64,000 nucleotides of DNA, taken from Deltaproteobacteria bacterium (GTDB taxonomy: Bacteria; Desulfobacterota; GWC2-55-46). How positions within the stretch are numbered: position 1 is the first letter of the stretch; each line of letters opens with the position of its first letter. Under the pieces are notes generated by a model, which saw only the letters and a list, made by a program, of their open reading frames with translations, searched no databases and was not told the origin of the DNA. The stretch lies in assembly GCA_020846435.1 (NCBI GenBank), contig JADLDY010000031.1:21557-85556 (forward strand), read 5' to 3'. The translations under genes and the position numbers were made by a program. Of this stretch, positions 10,037 through 19,651 are shown in pieces.

Positions 10037-10630
10037 ATGACCGAAACCAGAAAACTCATATGCCCGGAATGCAACGGCCCACTTCACGAAGTATTCGCCG
10101 AGGCCAACTACGGCAGGGTATTGCTACTTGACCAGTGTAAGGTGTGCGGGGGCGTATGGTTCGACAGGTGGGAGCTGTACTTCGTGACCGACAGGTCGAT
10201 AAAGGACCTCGAAGCTCTTGACGCGGCCTCTTTTGCCGCCCGGAACCCTGTTGACGGCGGCAAGGGCCTTTGCCCGAGGTGTGAAAAGGAGCTCGCTGTC
10301 TTCATCGACCCTAATTTGCCAAAGGACGCGCTCATCGAGCGCTGTAAGGGCTGCAACGGGTTGTGGCTCAACAGGGGCGAGCTTAAAAGGTTCGCGGCCC
10401 ACAGAAAGACCTTCCGGGCGAGCCGTCCTGAATACAGCAATGCCGCCTCCGAGATTGGCGCGCTCAAAAACCTGCAGAAGGAATTGAAGCTCGGCAACCT
10501 GGCCGTGCCGACCACGCTGGAACTCGCGTCGAACCTGCAGAATGAACCTCCTGTAAACAGCAAGGAGGTCGCAAAAGACCTGGCCTTTCTTGCGCTCCAA
10601 TCCCTCGTGAGACTCGTCTTTAAATTCTGA
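10037..10630 (+). CDS. Tandem zinc-ribbon protein (two TFIIB-type zf repeats, PF13453-like)
   Basis: Two repeats of CPxC..x..C.xCGG(V/L)W(F/L)(D/N)R.EL. Confidence 0.6.
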   Translation: MTETRKLICPECNGPLHEVFAEANYGRVLLLDQCKVCGGVWFDRWELYFVTDRSIKDLEALDAASFAARNPVDGGKGLCPRCEKELAVFIDPNLPKDALIERCKGCNGLWLNRGELKRFAAHRKTFRASRPEYSNAASEIGALKNLQKELKLGNLAVPTTLELASNLQNEPPVNSKEVAKDLAFLALQSLVRLVFKF

Positions 10631-10633
10631 ACG

Positions 10634-10860
10634 AAAATTGCTCTTTTTCCTGACCTCTGTGTCAGGGCGTAAATAAAAATGCTCACATATTGTCATATAT
10701 GCTGCGCTTTTTATTTCCGCCCTTCCTTGATCTCAGAAAAAATAGCTAATTTTCAGGGCAGATTGAAGCTTTGTGCGTTGTAAAAATACTGTTAACGGAA
10801 CTTTTAAGCAACCCGCTGTAAAAATTACTATTTTCAGAGGCAGTTTGAAGCCTTTTGTGT
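10634..10860 (+). repeat. Intergenic repeat family A, copy 2, with about 65-bp tandem duplication of its 3' tail
   Basis: Core 10634-10760 matches copies 1 and 3. The tail ttttcag(g/a)gcag(a/t)ttgaagc..ttgtg.gtt.taaaaat.ctgt occurs twice in tandem. Confidence 0.55.
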
Positions 10861-10875
10861 TATAAAAATCCTGTC

Positions 10876-11235
10876 ATGACGGTCGCATTGTTCATAGCGT
10901 TGGGGCTTGCCGCGGGGCTCCTTTCCGGCCTCGTCGGTGTGGGCGGCGGCATAATCGTCGTGCCGGCTCTCGTCCTGTTTTTCGGCTTTACCCAGCACCA
11001 GGCCCAGGGCACGACCCTGGCCATGATGGTCCCTCCCATCGGCATACTCGCGGCCTGGGCGTACTACACTCAGGGCCATGTCGACATCAAGGCGGCAGGC
11101 CTTCTTTGCGCAGGGTTTGTTATCGGCGGGTATCTCGGCGGCAGGGCGGCGGTGTCGCTTTCGACCCCGGTCCTCACAAAGGCCTTCGGCGCCTTCCTCC
11201 TCCTCGTATCGCTCAAGATGCTTTTTTCCAAATAG
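10876..11235 (+). CDS. Half-size TauE/SafE (TSUP, DUF81) family membrane protein
   Basis: GLLSGLVGVGGGIIVVP motif typical of TSUP family; about 119 aa, 4 predicted TM. Confidence 0.6.
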   Translation: MTVALFIALGLAAGLLSGLVGVGGGIIVVPALVLFFGFTQHQAQGTTLAMMVPPIGILAAWAYYTQGHVDIKAAGLLCAGFVIGGYLGGRAAVSLSTPVLTKAFGAFLLLVSLKMLFSK

Positions 11236-11310
11236 GTTGCGTTCGGCCCCCCACACAATATATAATCTGTCCGGTTTCAGCAAACCCCCCTTACGAAAGG
11301 AGTTTGAAAG

Positions 11311-12066
11311 ATGAGATTCGGAAAATCTGTTTTAGCAGCGACTTTTGCCATAGGACTCTCCCTTGCCGCGTTCAACGCCAGCGCGAGCTCAGGCGCCCAT
11401 TGGGGCTATGAGGGCGAGCACGGCCCGGAGCACTGGGGCCACATGCAGGGCGAGTACAAGGCTTGTGCCGAGGGCAAGACCCAGTCGCCCATAGACTTGA
11501 CTGGCGCGGCTGTAGAGGACCTCGCGGACATTACCTTCGACTACAAGGCCTCCAAACTTAATGTCGTCAATAACGGCCACACCGTGCAGGTCAATTATGA
11601 CAGCGGCAGCTCGATATCGGTGAACGGCTCGCAGTACAATCTGGTGCAGTTCCATTTCCACACGCCCAGTGAGCACACGGTCAATGGCAAGTCCTTCGGC
11701 AACGAGATGCACCTCGTCCATAAGAACGACAAGGGCGAGCTGGCCGTCGTAGGTGTGCTCATAGACAAGGGCGCGGAGAACGCGGCTTACAAGGCCATCT
11801 GGTCGAACCTGCCGAAGAAGGCCAATGAGAAGAAATCGGTAGCCGTGGACATAAACGCTTCTGAACTCCTTCCCGTGGATAGGGAGTACTTCACCTACAT
11901 GGGCTCTCTTACGACCCCTCCGTGCAGCGAGAATGTCAGGTGGATAGTCCTCCAGAGCCCCATCCAGATGTCTGAAGGGCAGATAGCCGAGATACAAAAG
12001 ATTATGCACAAGAACAACAGGCCGGTCCAGAAGCTCCACGACAGGACCTTGAAGATGTCGAAGTAA
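11311..12066 (+). CDS. Alpha-class carbonic anhydrase, secreted (signal peptide)
   Basis: Signal peptide. QFHFHTPSEH zinc-ligand histidines and SLTTPPCSE are alpha-CA signatures. AAGGAG RBS. Confidence 0.9.
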   Translation: MRFGKSVLAATFAIGLSLAAFNASASSGAHWGYEGEHGPEHWGHMQGEYKACAEGKTQSPIDLTGAAVEDLADITFDYKASKLNVVNNGHTVQVNYDSGSSISVNGSQYNLVQFHFHTPSEHTVNGKSFGNEMHLVHKNDKGELAVVGVLIDKGAENAAYKAIWSNLPKKANEKKSVAVDINASELLPVDREYFTYMGSLTTPPCSENVRWIVLQSPIQMSEGQIAEIQKIMHKNNRPVQKLHDRTLKMSK

Positions 12067-12072
12067 GATTTT

Positions 12073-12110
12073 TATTTAAAAGCCCCTGCCGGAAGTTCCG
12101 GCAGGGGCTT
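12073..12110 (+). terminator. Rho-independent terminator after carbonic anhydrase
   Basis: gcccctgccggaagttccggcaggggc hairpin plus T8. Confidence 0.65.
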
Positions 12111-12178
12111 TTTTTTGTTTTTCTCAGTTGGCCCGTTCAGGTTAAAATAAGGGTAACTGAACCAGAGGGGTTTTCTAT

Positions 12179-12604
12179 ATGGACAGATCATTTCTTTTCG
12201 CAATTCTGGCGGCAGTCATCTGGGGCTTCGCGCCAGCCCTTGAAAAGTTCGGGCTCAAGGGGGCTGGCATGGACCCTTTTCTTGGCGTATTCATAAGAAC
12301 GATACCCATAGCCGTCTTCGCCATGCTCGGCGTCTTTTTTATGGGCAGGCTCGGCGAAGTGGCCTCGATAGACTTGAAGAGCGTACTCTTCGTCGCCGCG
12401 GGCGGCCTTGTAGCCGGACTCTTCGGCCAGTTGGCGTTCTATTCGGCGCTCAAATCAGGGGAGGCGTCCGTGGTGGTGCCTGTGGCGGCCACCTACCCGC
12501 TTGTCGCGCTCATCGTCTCGGTCCTTTTTCTGGGAGAGTCGTTCACGATGCAAAAGCTCGCTGGAATAGCGCTTGTCGTCGGAGGGGTCGCGCTCCTCAA
12601 GTAG
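12179..12604 (+). CDS. Small EamA/DMT-superfamily membrane transporter
   Basis: 141 aa, 4 TM, EamA-like pattern; 3' end overlaps the convergent M50 gene by 8 bp. Confidence 0.6.
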   Translation: MDRSFLFAILAAVIWGFAPALEKFGLKGAGMDPFLGVFIRTIPIAVFAMLGVFFMGRLGEVASIDLKSVLFVAAGGLVAGLFGQLAFYSALKSGEASVVVPVAATYPLVALIVSVLFLGESFTMQKLAGIALVVGGVALLK

Positions 12605-13736
12605 AAGGCTTCTTGAGGCCTCCCTTGAACTCGAGCAGGTGCAGTATGTCGCGCCTCGAGATTATGCCGACAAGCTCGCCCGAAGCTACGACAGGGAACT
12701 TGCCGAGGTTGTCTGCCTGGCCGGACATCATCTTTGCCAGAGCGTCCATTGCGTTGTCCTCCGGCGACATCGTGTCTTCAAGGTCGAGCTTGTGGGCCGC
12801 TTCGCCGACCGGCGTAGTTGGCCAGTCGTCCTTTTTTACTCCCCTGACATTGGTGAGGGTGAGGAGGCCAGTGAGCCGTCCGTCAGTCATCACGGGGAAA
12901 GCGGCATGATGGAATTTGAAGAAAAACTCTTCGACCGCGTCGGCTAAGCTCATCGAGCTCTTGATCGTTATGACAGGTTTTGACATGAGGTCTTTTACTT
13001 TAAGCCCTTCAAGAGCCTTTTTTATGACCACCTGCTGGTAGCCGCCTTCAGCGGCCTGCTGGACGAATACGCCGATGAAGACGAACCAGAGCCCTCCGAC
13101 GAAGTTCCCCATGAAGATCTGTATGAGCCCCATCGCTATGAGGAAAACGGCGAAGCCCTTGCCTATGGTGCTGGCTATCTTCGTCGCCCTGTCGATGTCG
13201 CCGGTCTTCATCCACCAGATGGCCCTGAATACCCTGCCGCCGTCGAGCGGAAAGCCGGGTATCATGTTGAAGGCAAGGAGCATGAAGTTTATGAAGGCGA
13301 GGTAGCTGAGGACAGATTTCAGCAGCGGGTAGGTTTCAGGGTCGATGGCGCGCGAGGCGCCGTAGAAAAGAGCCGCGAGGACGAGGCTCGCGATTGGCCC
13401 CGCTATGGCAATTTTGAGTTCAGTCGCTCCGTCCTCAGGCTCTTTTGTGAGGCGGGCCACACCGCCGAATATGAACAGTGTTATCTCGTGTATGTCCATG
13501 CCGAGCCTGTTCGCCGTATACGAGTGGGAGAGTTCGTGCGCGAGGACGCAGGCGAAGAGCAAAAGCGCGGAGATGATGCCCATGGCGAGGTAGGTTCCTG
13601 TGCCAAACCCGGGGTTTTTCATAGGGAAGTAGCCGTAGGCTAAAGACCAGGAAAAGAGCACCAGGACTATGAACCATGTATAATCAAGGGATATCTGTAT
13701 GCCGAGCAACTTGAAGAGTTTTATTCCTTTTGCCAT
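12597..13736 (-). CDS. Site-2 protease (M50 family) with tandem CBS domains
   Basis: HELSH (HExxH) and FPLDGG motifs in the TM core; C-terminal CBS pair. Confidence 0.85.
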   Translation of the reverse strand: MAKGIKLFKLLGIQISLDYTWFIVLVLFSWSLAYGYFPMKNPGFGTGTYLAMGIISALLLFACVLAHELSHSYTANRLGMDIHEITLFIFGGVARLTKEPEDGATELKIAIAGPIASLVLAALFYGASRAIDPETYPLLKSVLSYLAFINFMLLAFNMIPGFPLDGGRVFRAIWWMKTGDIDRATKIASTIGKGFAVFLIAMGLIQIFMGNFVGGLWFVFIGVFVQQAAEGGYQQVVIKKALEGLKVKDLMSKPVITIKSSMSLADAVEEFFFKFHHAAFPVMTDGRLTGLLTLTNVRGVKKDDWPTTPVGEAAHKLDLEDTMSPEDNAMDALAKMMSGQADNLGKFPVVASGELVGIISRRDILHLLEFKGGLKKPST

Positions 13737-13880
13737 CGCGTCCCGCCGCGTTGATTATTAGAGGTAAATCAAAGTGTTATAAGCCCTATGGTTCAAGTCT
13801 ATCAGATGGGGGATGGCGGCGCAAGGCGGCTTCCCTGCTTGTTTTTGGCCCGTCGAGGAGATAAAATCTCATTCGGCTGT

Positions 13881-14822
13881 ATGATCCGAAAAGGAGGCCT
13901 TGTGAAAAAACCGCTTGTCCTTGTTTTTTTTGTCCAGTTCATTGTCATGATATTCGCTTCCACGGCTCTTGCCGCCCCTGAGCTCAAAATGATAGCGCCG
14001 GGCGTCTTTGCCCTGGTCGGCGGGGAAGGCAGGGCCAACTCGGGCTTTGTCGTGACCGATGACGGGGTGGTCGTCATCGACACCCAGGGGCCTCCCGAGC
14101 TGGCCATGCTCCTCCGTGAGAAGATAAAAGAGACTACGGACAAGCCGGTCACTCACGTCCTAAACACCCATTACCACGGGGACCATACCTTCGGGAACCA
14201 GTACTTTGCCGAAGCCGTCATAATAGCCCATGAGAACACGAGGAGGGCGCTCATCGACAAGGATGAGGCCCACAGGACCATGTTCAAAAAGTTCTTCGGG
14301 GAGGATAGCCTGAAGGGTTTTTCTCTTACGCTCCCGGCCGTGACTTTCAATGACAGGATGACTTTGAGGGTCGGCGGCAGGACGATAGAGCTTGTCCATC
14401 CCTGGCCCATAGCTCACACAGACGGCGACATATTCGTCTGGCTCCCGGCCGAGAGAGTAGTCTTTGCCGGAGACCTTCTGTACAACGGAAGGCTCCCGCT
14501 CCTCAATGACGGGGGTACTGCCGGCGCTTTGAAGGCGCTGGAACTGATCACCCTGACTGAAGCGTCCGTGCTCGTCCCGGGCCACGGCCCCGTGTCGGTC
14601 ATGGGGGATGTCGCCGGGTACAGAGGCTTTATCGAGGCTTTGAGGACTGAGGCCGGAGCCCTCATCGACAGGGGCGCGCTCCGCGAAGAGGTCGTCTCGC
14701 AGGTGAAGGCGAGCGGGTATTCAGAGTGGTTAATGTACAAAGAGTGGCTCCCGGCAAACGCTGGGAAGGTCTTTGACGAGCTCATGGCTGAAAGGAAGAA
14801 TAGAATTGAACAGGATCGTTGA
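13881..14822 (+). CDS. MBL-fold metallo-hydrolase with N-terminal signal peptide
   Basis: HYHGDH (HxHxDH) motif; hydrophobic signal sequence. Alternative GTG start at 13902. Confidence 0.75.
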   Translation: MIRKGGLVKKPLVLVFFVQFIVMIFASTALAAPELKMIAPGVFALVGGEGRANSGFVVTDDGVVVIDTQGPPELAMLLREKIKETTDKPVTHVLNTHYHGDHTFGNQYFAEAVIIAHENTRRALIDKDEAHRTMFKKFFGEDSLKGFSLTLPAVTFNDRMTLRVGGRTIELVHPWPIAHTDGDIFVWLPAERVVFAGDLLYNGRLPLLNDGGTAGALKALELITLTEASVLVPGHGPVSVMGDVAGYRGFIEALRTEAGALIDRGALREEVVSQVKASGYSEWLMYKEWLPANAGKVFDELMAERKNRIEQDR

Positions 14823-15537
14823 GGTAAGCGGGCTTACCAAGGTCTTTGACAACCACAAGACGGCCGTTGACGCCATATCCTTCGAGATGTTCGAAGGGGA
14901 GATACTCGGGCTCATCGGCCCTAACGGCGCTGGCAAGACTACGACTCTGCAGATGCTCCTCGGGCTGACCACGCCGACCAGCGGGAAGGTGAGGATATTC
15001 GGCCTCGACATAGACACTGACAGGGAAGAGATATTGAGTCAGGTCAATTTTTCGTCCTCCTACATCTCACTTCCGTACTCCCTTACCGTAGAAGAGAACC
15101 TCACGGTCTTCTCGAGGCTATACAGCGTAAAGAACTATAAGGACAGGATAGCCGAACTGCTCCGTATCTTCGAGATAGAGGATATACGCCGCACGCCCAC
15201 AAGGAGGCTCTCCTCCGGTCAGATAACGAGGGTGTGCCTGTGCAAGGCGCTCCTCAACAGCCCGAGGGTCTTATTTCTCGACGAGCCGACCGCGAGCCTC
15301 GACCCTGACATCGCGGACAAGACAAGGCGGCTTTTGAAACAGATAAGGGGCGAGCACGGGCTTTCGATATTGTACACGTCGCACAACATGAAGGAGATGG
15401 AGGAGATGTGCGACAGGGTCATATTCATGGACAGGGGGCGCATAATCGCGATGGGCGCGCCTGAGAGCGTCATGCGCGAGTGGAAGGGAAAGGACCTCGA
15501 AGAGGTCTTCTTGAAGATCGCGAGGCCCGGCGAGTGA
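14806..15537 (+). CDS. ABC transporter ATP-binding protein
   Basis: GPNGAGKTT Walker A, LSSGQ signature, Walker B LFLDEPT. TTG start with AGGAAG RBS, overlapping the MBL gene stop. Confidence 0.85.
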   Translation: MNRIVEVSGLTKVFDNHKTAVDAISFEMFEGEILGLIGPNGAGKTTTLQMLLGLTTPTSGKVRIFGLDIDTDREEILSQVNFSSSYISLPYSLTVEENLTVFSRLYSVKNYKDRIAELLRIFEIEDIRRTPTRRLSSGQITRVCLCKALLNSPRVLFLDEPTASLDPDIADKTRRLLKQIRGEHGLSILYTSHNMKEMEEMCDRVIFMDRGRIIAMGAPESVMREWKGKDLEEVFLKIARPGE

Positions 15538-16328
15538 AGAGCCTTCAGAGGATACTGGCGTACACGGTTCGCCACCTGTACCTTTACAGAAGGAGCATGC
15601 CGCGCCTCATGGAGGTCTTCTACTGGCCTGTATTAGACCTCCTGCTATGGGGCTTCGTGACTGTCTACCTCTCAAGGCAGTCGGGCGCTGTCCCGCATTT
15701 CGTCACGTTCTTCCTCGGCGCGCTCATCCTCTGGGACATACTTTTCAGGAGCCAGCAGGGCATATCGGTCTCTTTTCTGGAAGACGTCTGGTCAAGGAAC
15801 CTCCTTAACATATTCGTGAGCCCCATGAGCGCTACCGAGTACATACTCTCGCTTCTGTTCCTCAGCGTGATAAAGCTCCTTCTCACCTCGGCCGTAATGG
15901 TGACCCTCGCGTGGCTCCTTTACAGCTTCAACATCTTCACGCTCGGCTTATCCCTCGTGCCGCTGATAATAAACCTCGTCGTCATGGGATGGGCGGTCGG
16001 CATAATAACGACCGCTCTCATACTGAGGTTCGGACAGGAGGCGGAGGTGCTGGCATGGGGCGTGGCGCTCTTTTTTCAGCCGGTCTCGGCAGTGTTCTAC
16101 CCCGTAGCCGTATTGCCCTGGTATTTGAAGGTTGTGGCTGATTATGTGCCTGCGTCCCACGTCTTCGAGGGCATGCGCATGGTCGTTGCAGGCGAGGGTT
16201 TGCCAATGGATGAGCTCGCGTGGGCGGCCGGTCTCAACGTTGTCTACATGCTCCTGTCGATACTGTTCTTCTACTGGAACTTCAAGGTTGTCAAGAGGAA
16301 GGGTTTGCTGGTCAAGGTCGGCGAGTAG
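15533..16328 (+). CDS. ABC-2 type transporter permease
   Basis: 6-TM ABC-2 permease pattern; GTG start overlapping the ATPase stop (GTGA). Confidence 0.75.
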
Positions 16329-16432
16329 CCAGGACTGCCTCAAGCTCTCTATTTGCGTCGAGGCAAAAGCGGCGCACAGGCAAAGTACGCCTCACTCCTT
16401 GACGCCTGGAAGCTGAGACTTTTTGAGCAGTC
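16329..16432. repeat. Intergenic repeat family B (copy R1)
   Basis: ...gcctcaagctc...aaaagcggcgcacaggcaaagtacgcctcactccttgacgcctgga.gctgagactttttgagc. Lies between convergent genes. Confidence 0.5.
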
Positions 16433-16470
16433 TTGAATGTTTGGATTTGTCAGCGGTCCTGTAATCCGCT

Positions 16471-17001
16471 TCAGAGCGCGCCTTTGAGTGCGCGGCTGTA
16501 GATCTCAAGGTCCCTGTCAGAGAAGAGCACGAACCTGACGAGGTCGAGGCCGTCATTTTCCCTTATGAAGCCGATGACCGTTGAGACCGCTATTCTGGAG
16601 GCCTCTTCAACAGGGTAGCCGTAGGCCCCTGTGCTGATGGAAGGGAAGGCGAGAGATTTCAGATTTTTTTCCAGGGCGAGAGCGAGGCTCGAAAGGTACG
16701 CGCTGCGTAGCATGGAAGACTCGCCATGCTTGCCGTCTTTGTAGACCGGGCCGACGGTGTGTATTACATGCTTTGCCCTGAGAGCGCCGCCTGTCGTGAT
16801 GACTGCGTGCCCTGTTGGGCAGTTTCCTATCTTTCTGCACTCCGACATTATCGCGGGGCCGCCGGATGAGTGTATTGCCCCGTCCACGCCGCTGCCGCCA
16901 GAGAGGGTCGTGTTCGCGGCGTTCACAATCGCGTCAGTCTCTTCGAGTGTGATATCCCCCCTGACAAGGGAGACCGTGGTGGCGTTGACCTTCGTTTCCA
17001 T
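16471..17001 (-). CDS. Macro domain protein (O-acetyl-ADP-ribose deacetylase / ADP-ribose binding, YmdB-like)
   Basis: VNAANTTLSGGSGVDGAIH and ITTGGAL macro motifs. Confidence 0.85.
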   Translation of the reverse strand: METKVNATTVSLVRGDITLEETDAIVNAANTTLSGGSGVDGAIHSSGGPAIMSECRKIGNCPTGHAVITTGGALRAKHVIHTVGPVYKDGKHGESSMLRSAYLSSLALALEKNLKSLAFPSISTGAYGYPVEEASRIAVSTVIGFIRENDGLDLVRFVLFSDRDLEIYSRALKGAL

Positions 17002-17040
17002 TGCGAGCCTCCGTGCTTGGAGCGCTTCGTTTCCGGCTTA

Positions 17041-17610
17041 TCAGGCAGGCCTTCTCGCGATTATCCTGTAATGCGACTGGCTGAGCGGAGAGAGCTGGAC
17101 AACGTCAAATCCCGCGTCCTCTACAAAGCTTCTTGCTTCCTTGTCGGATATTCTCTCTTCGAGAGGCGGGCCTTTTTCTTCGGCCTTCTTGGCCCAGTCG
17201 AGGAGAAGCAGGGTCGCCCCGGGCTTCATCACCCGTTTTATCTCCTGAAGGAGGCGGCCCTTGTCAGGTGTTTCGTGCAGTACGAAGGCCAGGAGTGTGA
17301 AATCAGCCTCATAGTCTGCGATAGGTATCTCGTACTCCTCGGACTTCATGAGTATGACATTGTCCGGAGGGTTTCTCTTGTCGCGAAGGTCCAGGAGCAT
17401 CTCTTCTTGCGTGTCGACCGCGAAGGCAAGGCCCATGGGGCCGATTATCCTGGCCGCTGGTATGGTGAAAAACCCCGGGCCAGAGCCTATGTCCGCGAAG
17501 ACCTGCCCCTGCTTGAGCCCGGCTTCTCTCAATAACTTTTCAGGGGAGAGTTCGCTGTGTCTCTCCTCGCTCATGAGGCGCTCTAAATGTCCCGGGTTGA
17601 ATTTGTGCAT
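17041..17610 (-). CDS. Class I SAM-dependent methyltransferase
   Basis: VFADIGSGPGFFT motif I; small UbiE/ArsM-like fold. Start abuts the stop of the upstream membrane protein gene. Confidence 0.75.
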   Translation of the reverse strand: MHKFNPGHLERLMSEERHSELSPEKLLREAGLKQGQVFADIGSGPGFFTIPAARIIGPMGLAFAVDTQEEMLLDLRDKRNPPDNVILMKSEEYEIPIADYEADFTLLAFVLHETPDKGRLLQEIKRVMKPGATLLLLDWAKKAEEKGPPLEERISDKEARSFVEDAGFDVVQLSPLSQSHYRIIARRPA

Positions 17611-18087
17611 TCAGATGCCTCCCGCCCTGATGAAGATCGCGAAGAGCGCTATGAAAAGGGCTATGATGAGGTTTGTCCTGCCGAAGATCCTGGCCATCTT
17701 GGCGTGCTTCGGCGAGTTCCTCGCTTTCGGGCCTATCCAGAAGTCGTGGACAAGGGCGCTTATGACGATTAAGGTCACGAGCGCTATCTTGCCTATGACC
17801 GCCTTGCCGAAGCCGGTAGAGTAGAAGGCCGGGTCAAAGAGGCTGGAAAAGCCCACGCCGTAGAGGGAGTAGAGCAGGAACGGGCCTGTTACAAGCAGGG
17901 TTATTATGGCTATCCATCCCCAGAACCTGTACTGTTTGCCCACGATCTGGAATATCTGGCTCTTGGCCTTGGGGTCGGGTATCGTCTTCAGGAACGGGGC
18001 GATGACGAGGACTAAAAAGAGCATGCCCCCTATCCAGAATATGGCTGAGATTATGTGGAGTAAAAGAGCTGCCTTGAGGACCATCCG
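17611..18087 (-). CDS. Small polytopic membrane protein, CopD-like (HxxxxxxWxGG)
   Basis: HIISAIFWIGG motif, 4-5 TM. ATG at 18087 preceded by AAGGAGG; the ORF-track start at 18165 is less likely. Confidence 0.45.
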   Translation of the reverse strand, partial: RMVLKAALLLHIISAIFWIGGMLFLVLVIAPFLKTIPDPKAKSQIFQIVGKQYRFWGWIAIITLLVTGPFLLYSLYGVGFSSLFDPAFYSTGFGKAVIGKIALVTLIVISALVHDFWIGPKARNSPKHAKMARIFGRTNLIIALFIALFAIFIRAGGI

Positions 18088-18193
18088 GAAAGCCTCCTTA
18101 TGGAATGAGTACGGGTATGATAATAACCCAATACGAGAGGTCTTTCCATGACCAAAATCAACCATTGCACAGGGCGTATCTTTCCGGACTGTC

Positions 18194-18502
18194 TTACTTT
18201 TTAACCTCTTTGCCGAGCCTCTTCTCGACGCTCTTCAGTTTTTCGGTTATCCTGTTCTGGGGTTTGCCCGGCCTTATGTCCAGATGTATGCTCGTCAGTA
18301 CCCTCGGGGCGGTGTTTAATACCTCGTCCTGGCATTTCCTGATGACGGCCATTACCTTGTCCCAGTCGCCTTCGATGACTGTGGACATGGCGTTCGCCCT
18401 GTACGGCAGCCCGCTCTCCTCGACTATCTTCAGAACTACCGCTATGTGCTCTCCCATGCTCTCGCCAGAGCCTATCGGCACTACGCTGAATTCGGCAAGC
18501 AT
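18194..18502 (-). CDS. MTH1187/YkoF family protein (DUF77)
   Basis: 102 aa; AEFSVVPIGSGESMGEHIA N-terminus typical of the family. Confidence 0.7.
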   Translation of the reverse strand: MLAEFSVVPIGSGESMGEHIAVVLKIVEESGLPYRANAMSTVIEGDWDKVMAVIRKCQDEVLNTAPRVLTSIHLDIRPGKPQNRITEKLKSVEKRLGKEVKK

Positions 18503-18550
18503 CTCTCTCTCCTTTTTGTCATCTCAGCAGTTGTTTTTCAGACTCTGAGC

Positions 18551-19561
18551 CTAAAGCTCGACGCCGTCTATCTTCGCGCCGCATGAAGGGCAATCAGAGT
18601 CGACGATCGAATTTTTTTTAACGACGAAGCCGCGCCTTTCAATAAGCATTGAATGGCAGTTCCAGCAGTAGGTCGATTCTCCCTTGATGCCTGGGATGTT
18701 GCCGGTGTATACATAGCGGAGCCCCTCTTCGAGCCCTATTTGCCTGGCCATCTCGAGCGTAGAGGCCGGGGTCGGGTCGACATCCATCATCTTGTAGGAC
18801 GGGTGGAAGGCGCTCAGGTGCCAGGGCATGCTCTTGTCTGTCTTGTATATCCACTTCGCGAGAGCCCGGAGCTCGTCAATGCTGTCGTTCATGCCCGGTA
18901 TGACAAGGGTCGTCAACTCGACCCATATGCCCATTTGCCGCATCGTCTCGACGCTCTCTAAAACCGGCGCGAGGGTGGCTCCGCAGACCTTCTTGTAAAA
19001 GGATTCGCTGAAGGCCTTTATGTCGACGTTCGCGGCATCGAGGAGCCCGTCGAGGGCGCTGAGGCACTCTCGAGTCATGTAGCCGTTGGTCACGAATATG
19101 TTCTTGAGCCCCCTTTCCTTCGCTATCGCCATTGTGTCACAGGCATACTCGAAGAATATCGTCGGCTCGGTATAAGTGTAGGATATTGAGGAGCAGCCGG
19201 TCTCATACGCCTCGGCGGCAATCTCTTCCGGGGTGACCTCGCTTCCGTCGACCTCCCCTCTCTCCCTCGGCATCTGGGATATCTCCGAGTTCTGGCAGTG
19301 GAGGCACCTGAAATTGCAGCCAGCCGTCGCGATGGAGTAGGAGCGGGACGCGGGCTGGAAATGAAAGAGCGGCTTTTTTTCTATGGGGTCGATGTTCTCG
19401 GCCACGAGGCGGCCCCACGTGTGCGTGAAGAGGGTGCCGTCAATGTTCTCGCGCACCCCGCATATGCCCCTTCTGCCTTCCCTGATGTGGCAGCGGAAAG
19501 AGCACAGGGCGCACTTGACGCTGTTTTTTTCCTCTTTGCTGTAGAGCCTTGCTTCCATCAT
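18551..19561 (-). CDS. Radical SAM enzyme, PFL-activating-enzyme-like (AmmeMemoRadiSam-type) with C-terminal zinc ribbon
   Basis: CNFRCLHC (Cx3Cx2C) cluster motif, N-terminal CALCSFRC...GICGVREN, C-terminal CWNCH...CPSCG. Confidence 0.8.
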   Translation of the reverse strand: MMEARLYSKEEKNSVKCALCSFRCHIREGRRGICGVRENIDGTLFTHTWGRLVAENIDPIEKKPLFHFQPASRSYSIATAGCNFRCLHCQNSEISQMPRERGEVDGSEVTPEEIAAEAYETGCSSISYTYTEPTIFFEYACDTMAIAKERGLKNIFVTNGYMTRECLSALDGLLDAANVDIKAFSESFYKKVCGATLAPVLESVETMRQMGIWVELTTLVIPGMNDSIDELRALAKWIYKTDKSMPWHLSAFHPSYKMMDVDPTPASTLEMARQIGLEEGLRYVYTGNIPGIKGESTYCWNCHSMLIERRGFVVKKNSIVDSDCPSCGAKIDGVEL

Positions 19562-19651
19562 CTTGCCGGAGAGTCCTTTCAGAATATGAGTATGGATTAA
19601 GGGCCGCCTCTTCATGCGGCCCGTCTTGAGCGTTGGTCTTTACCGCGGCTG

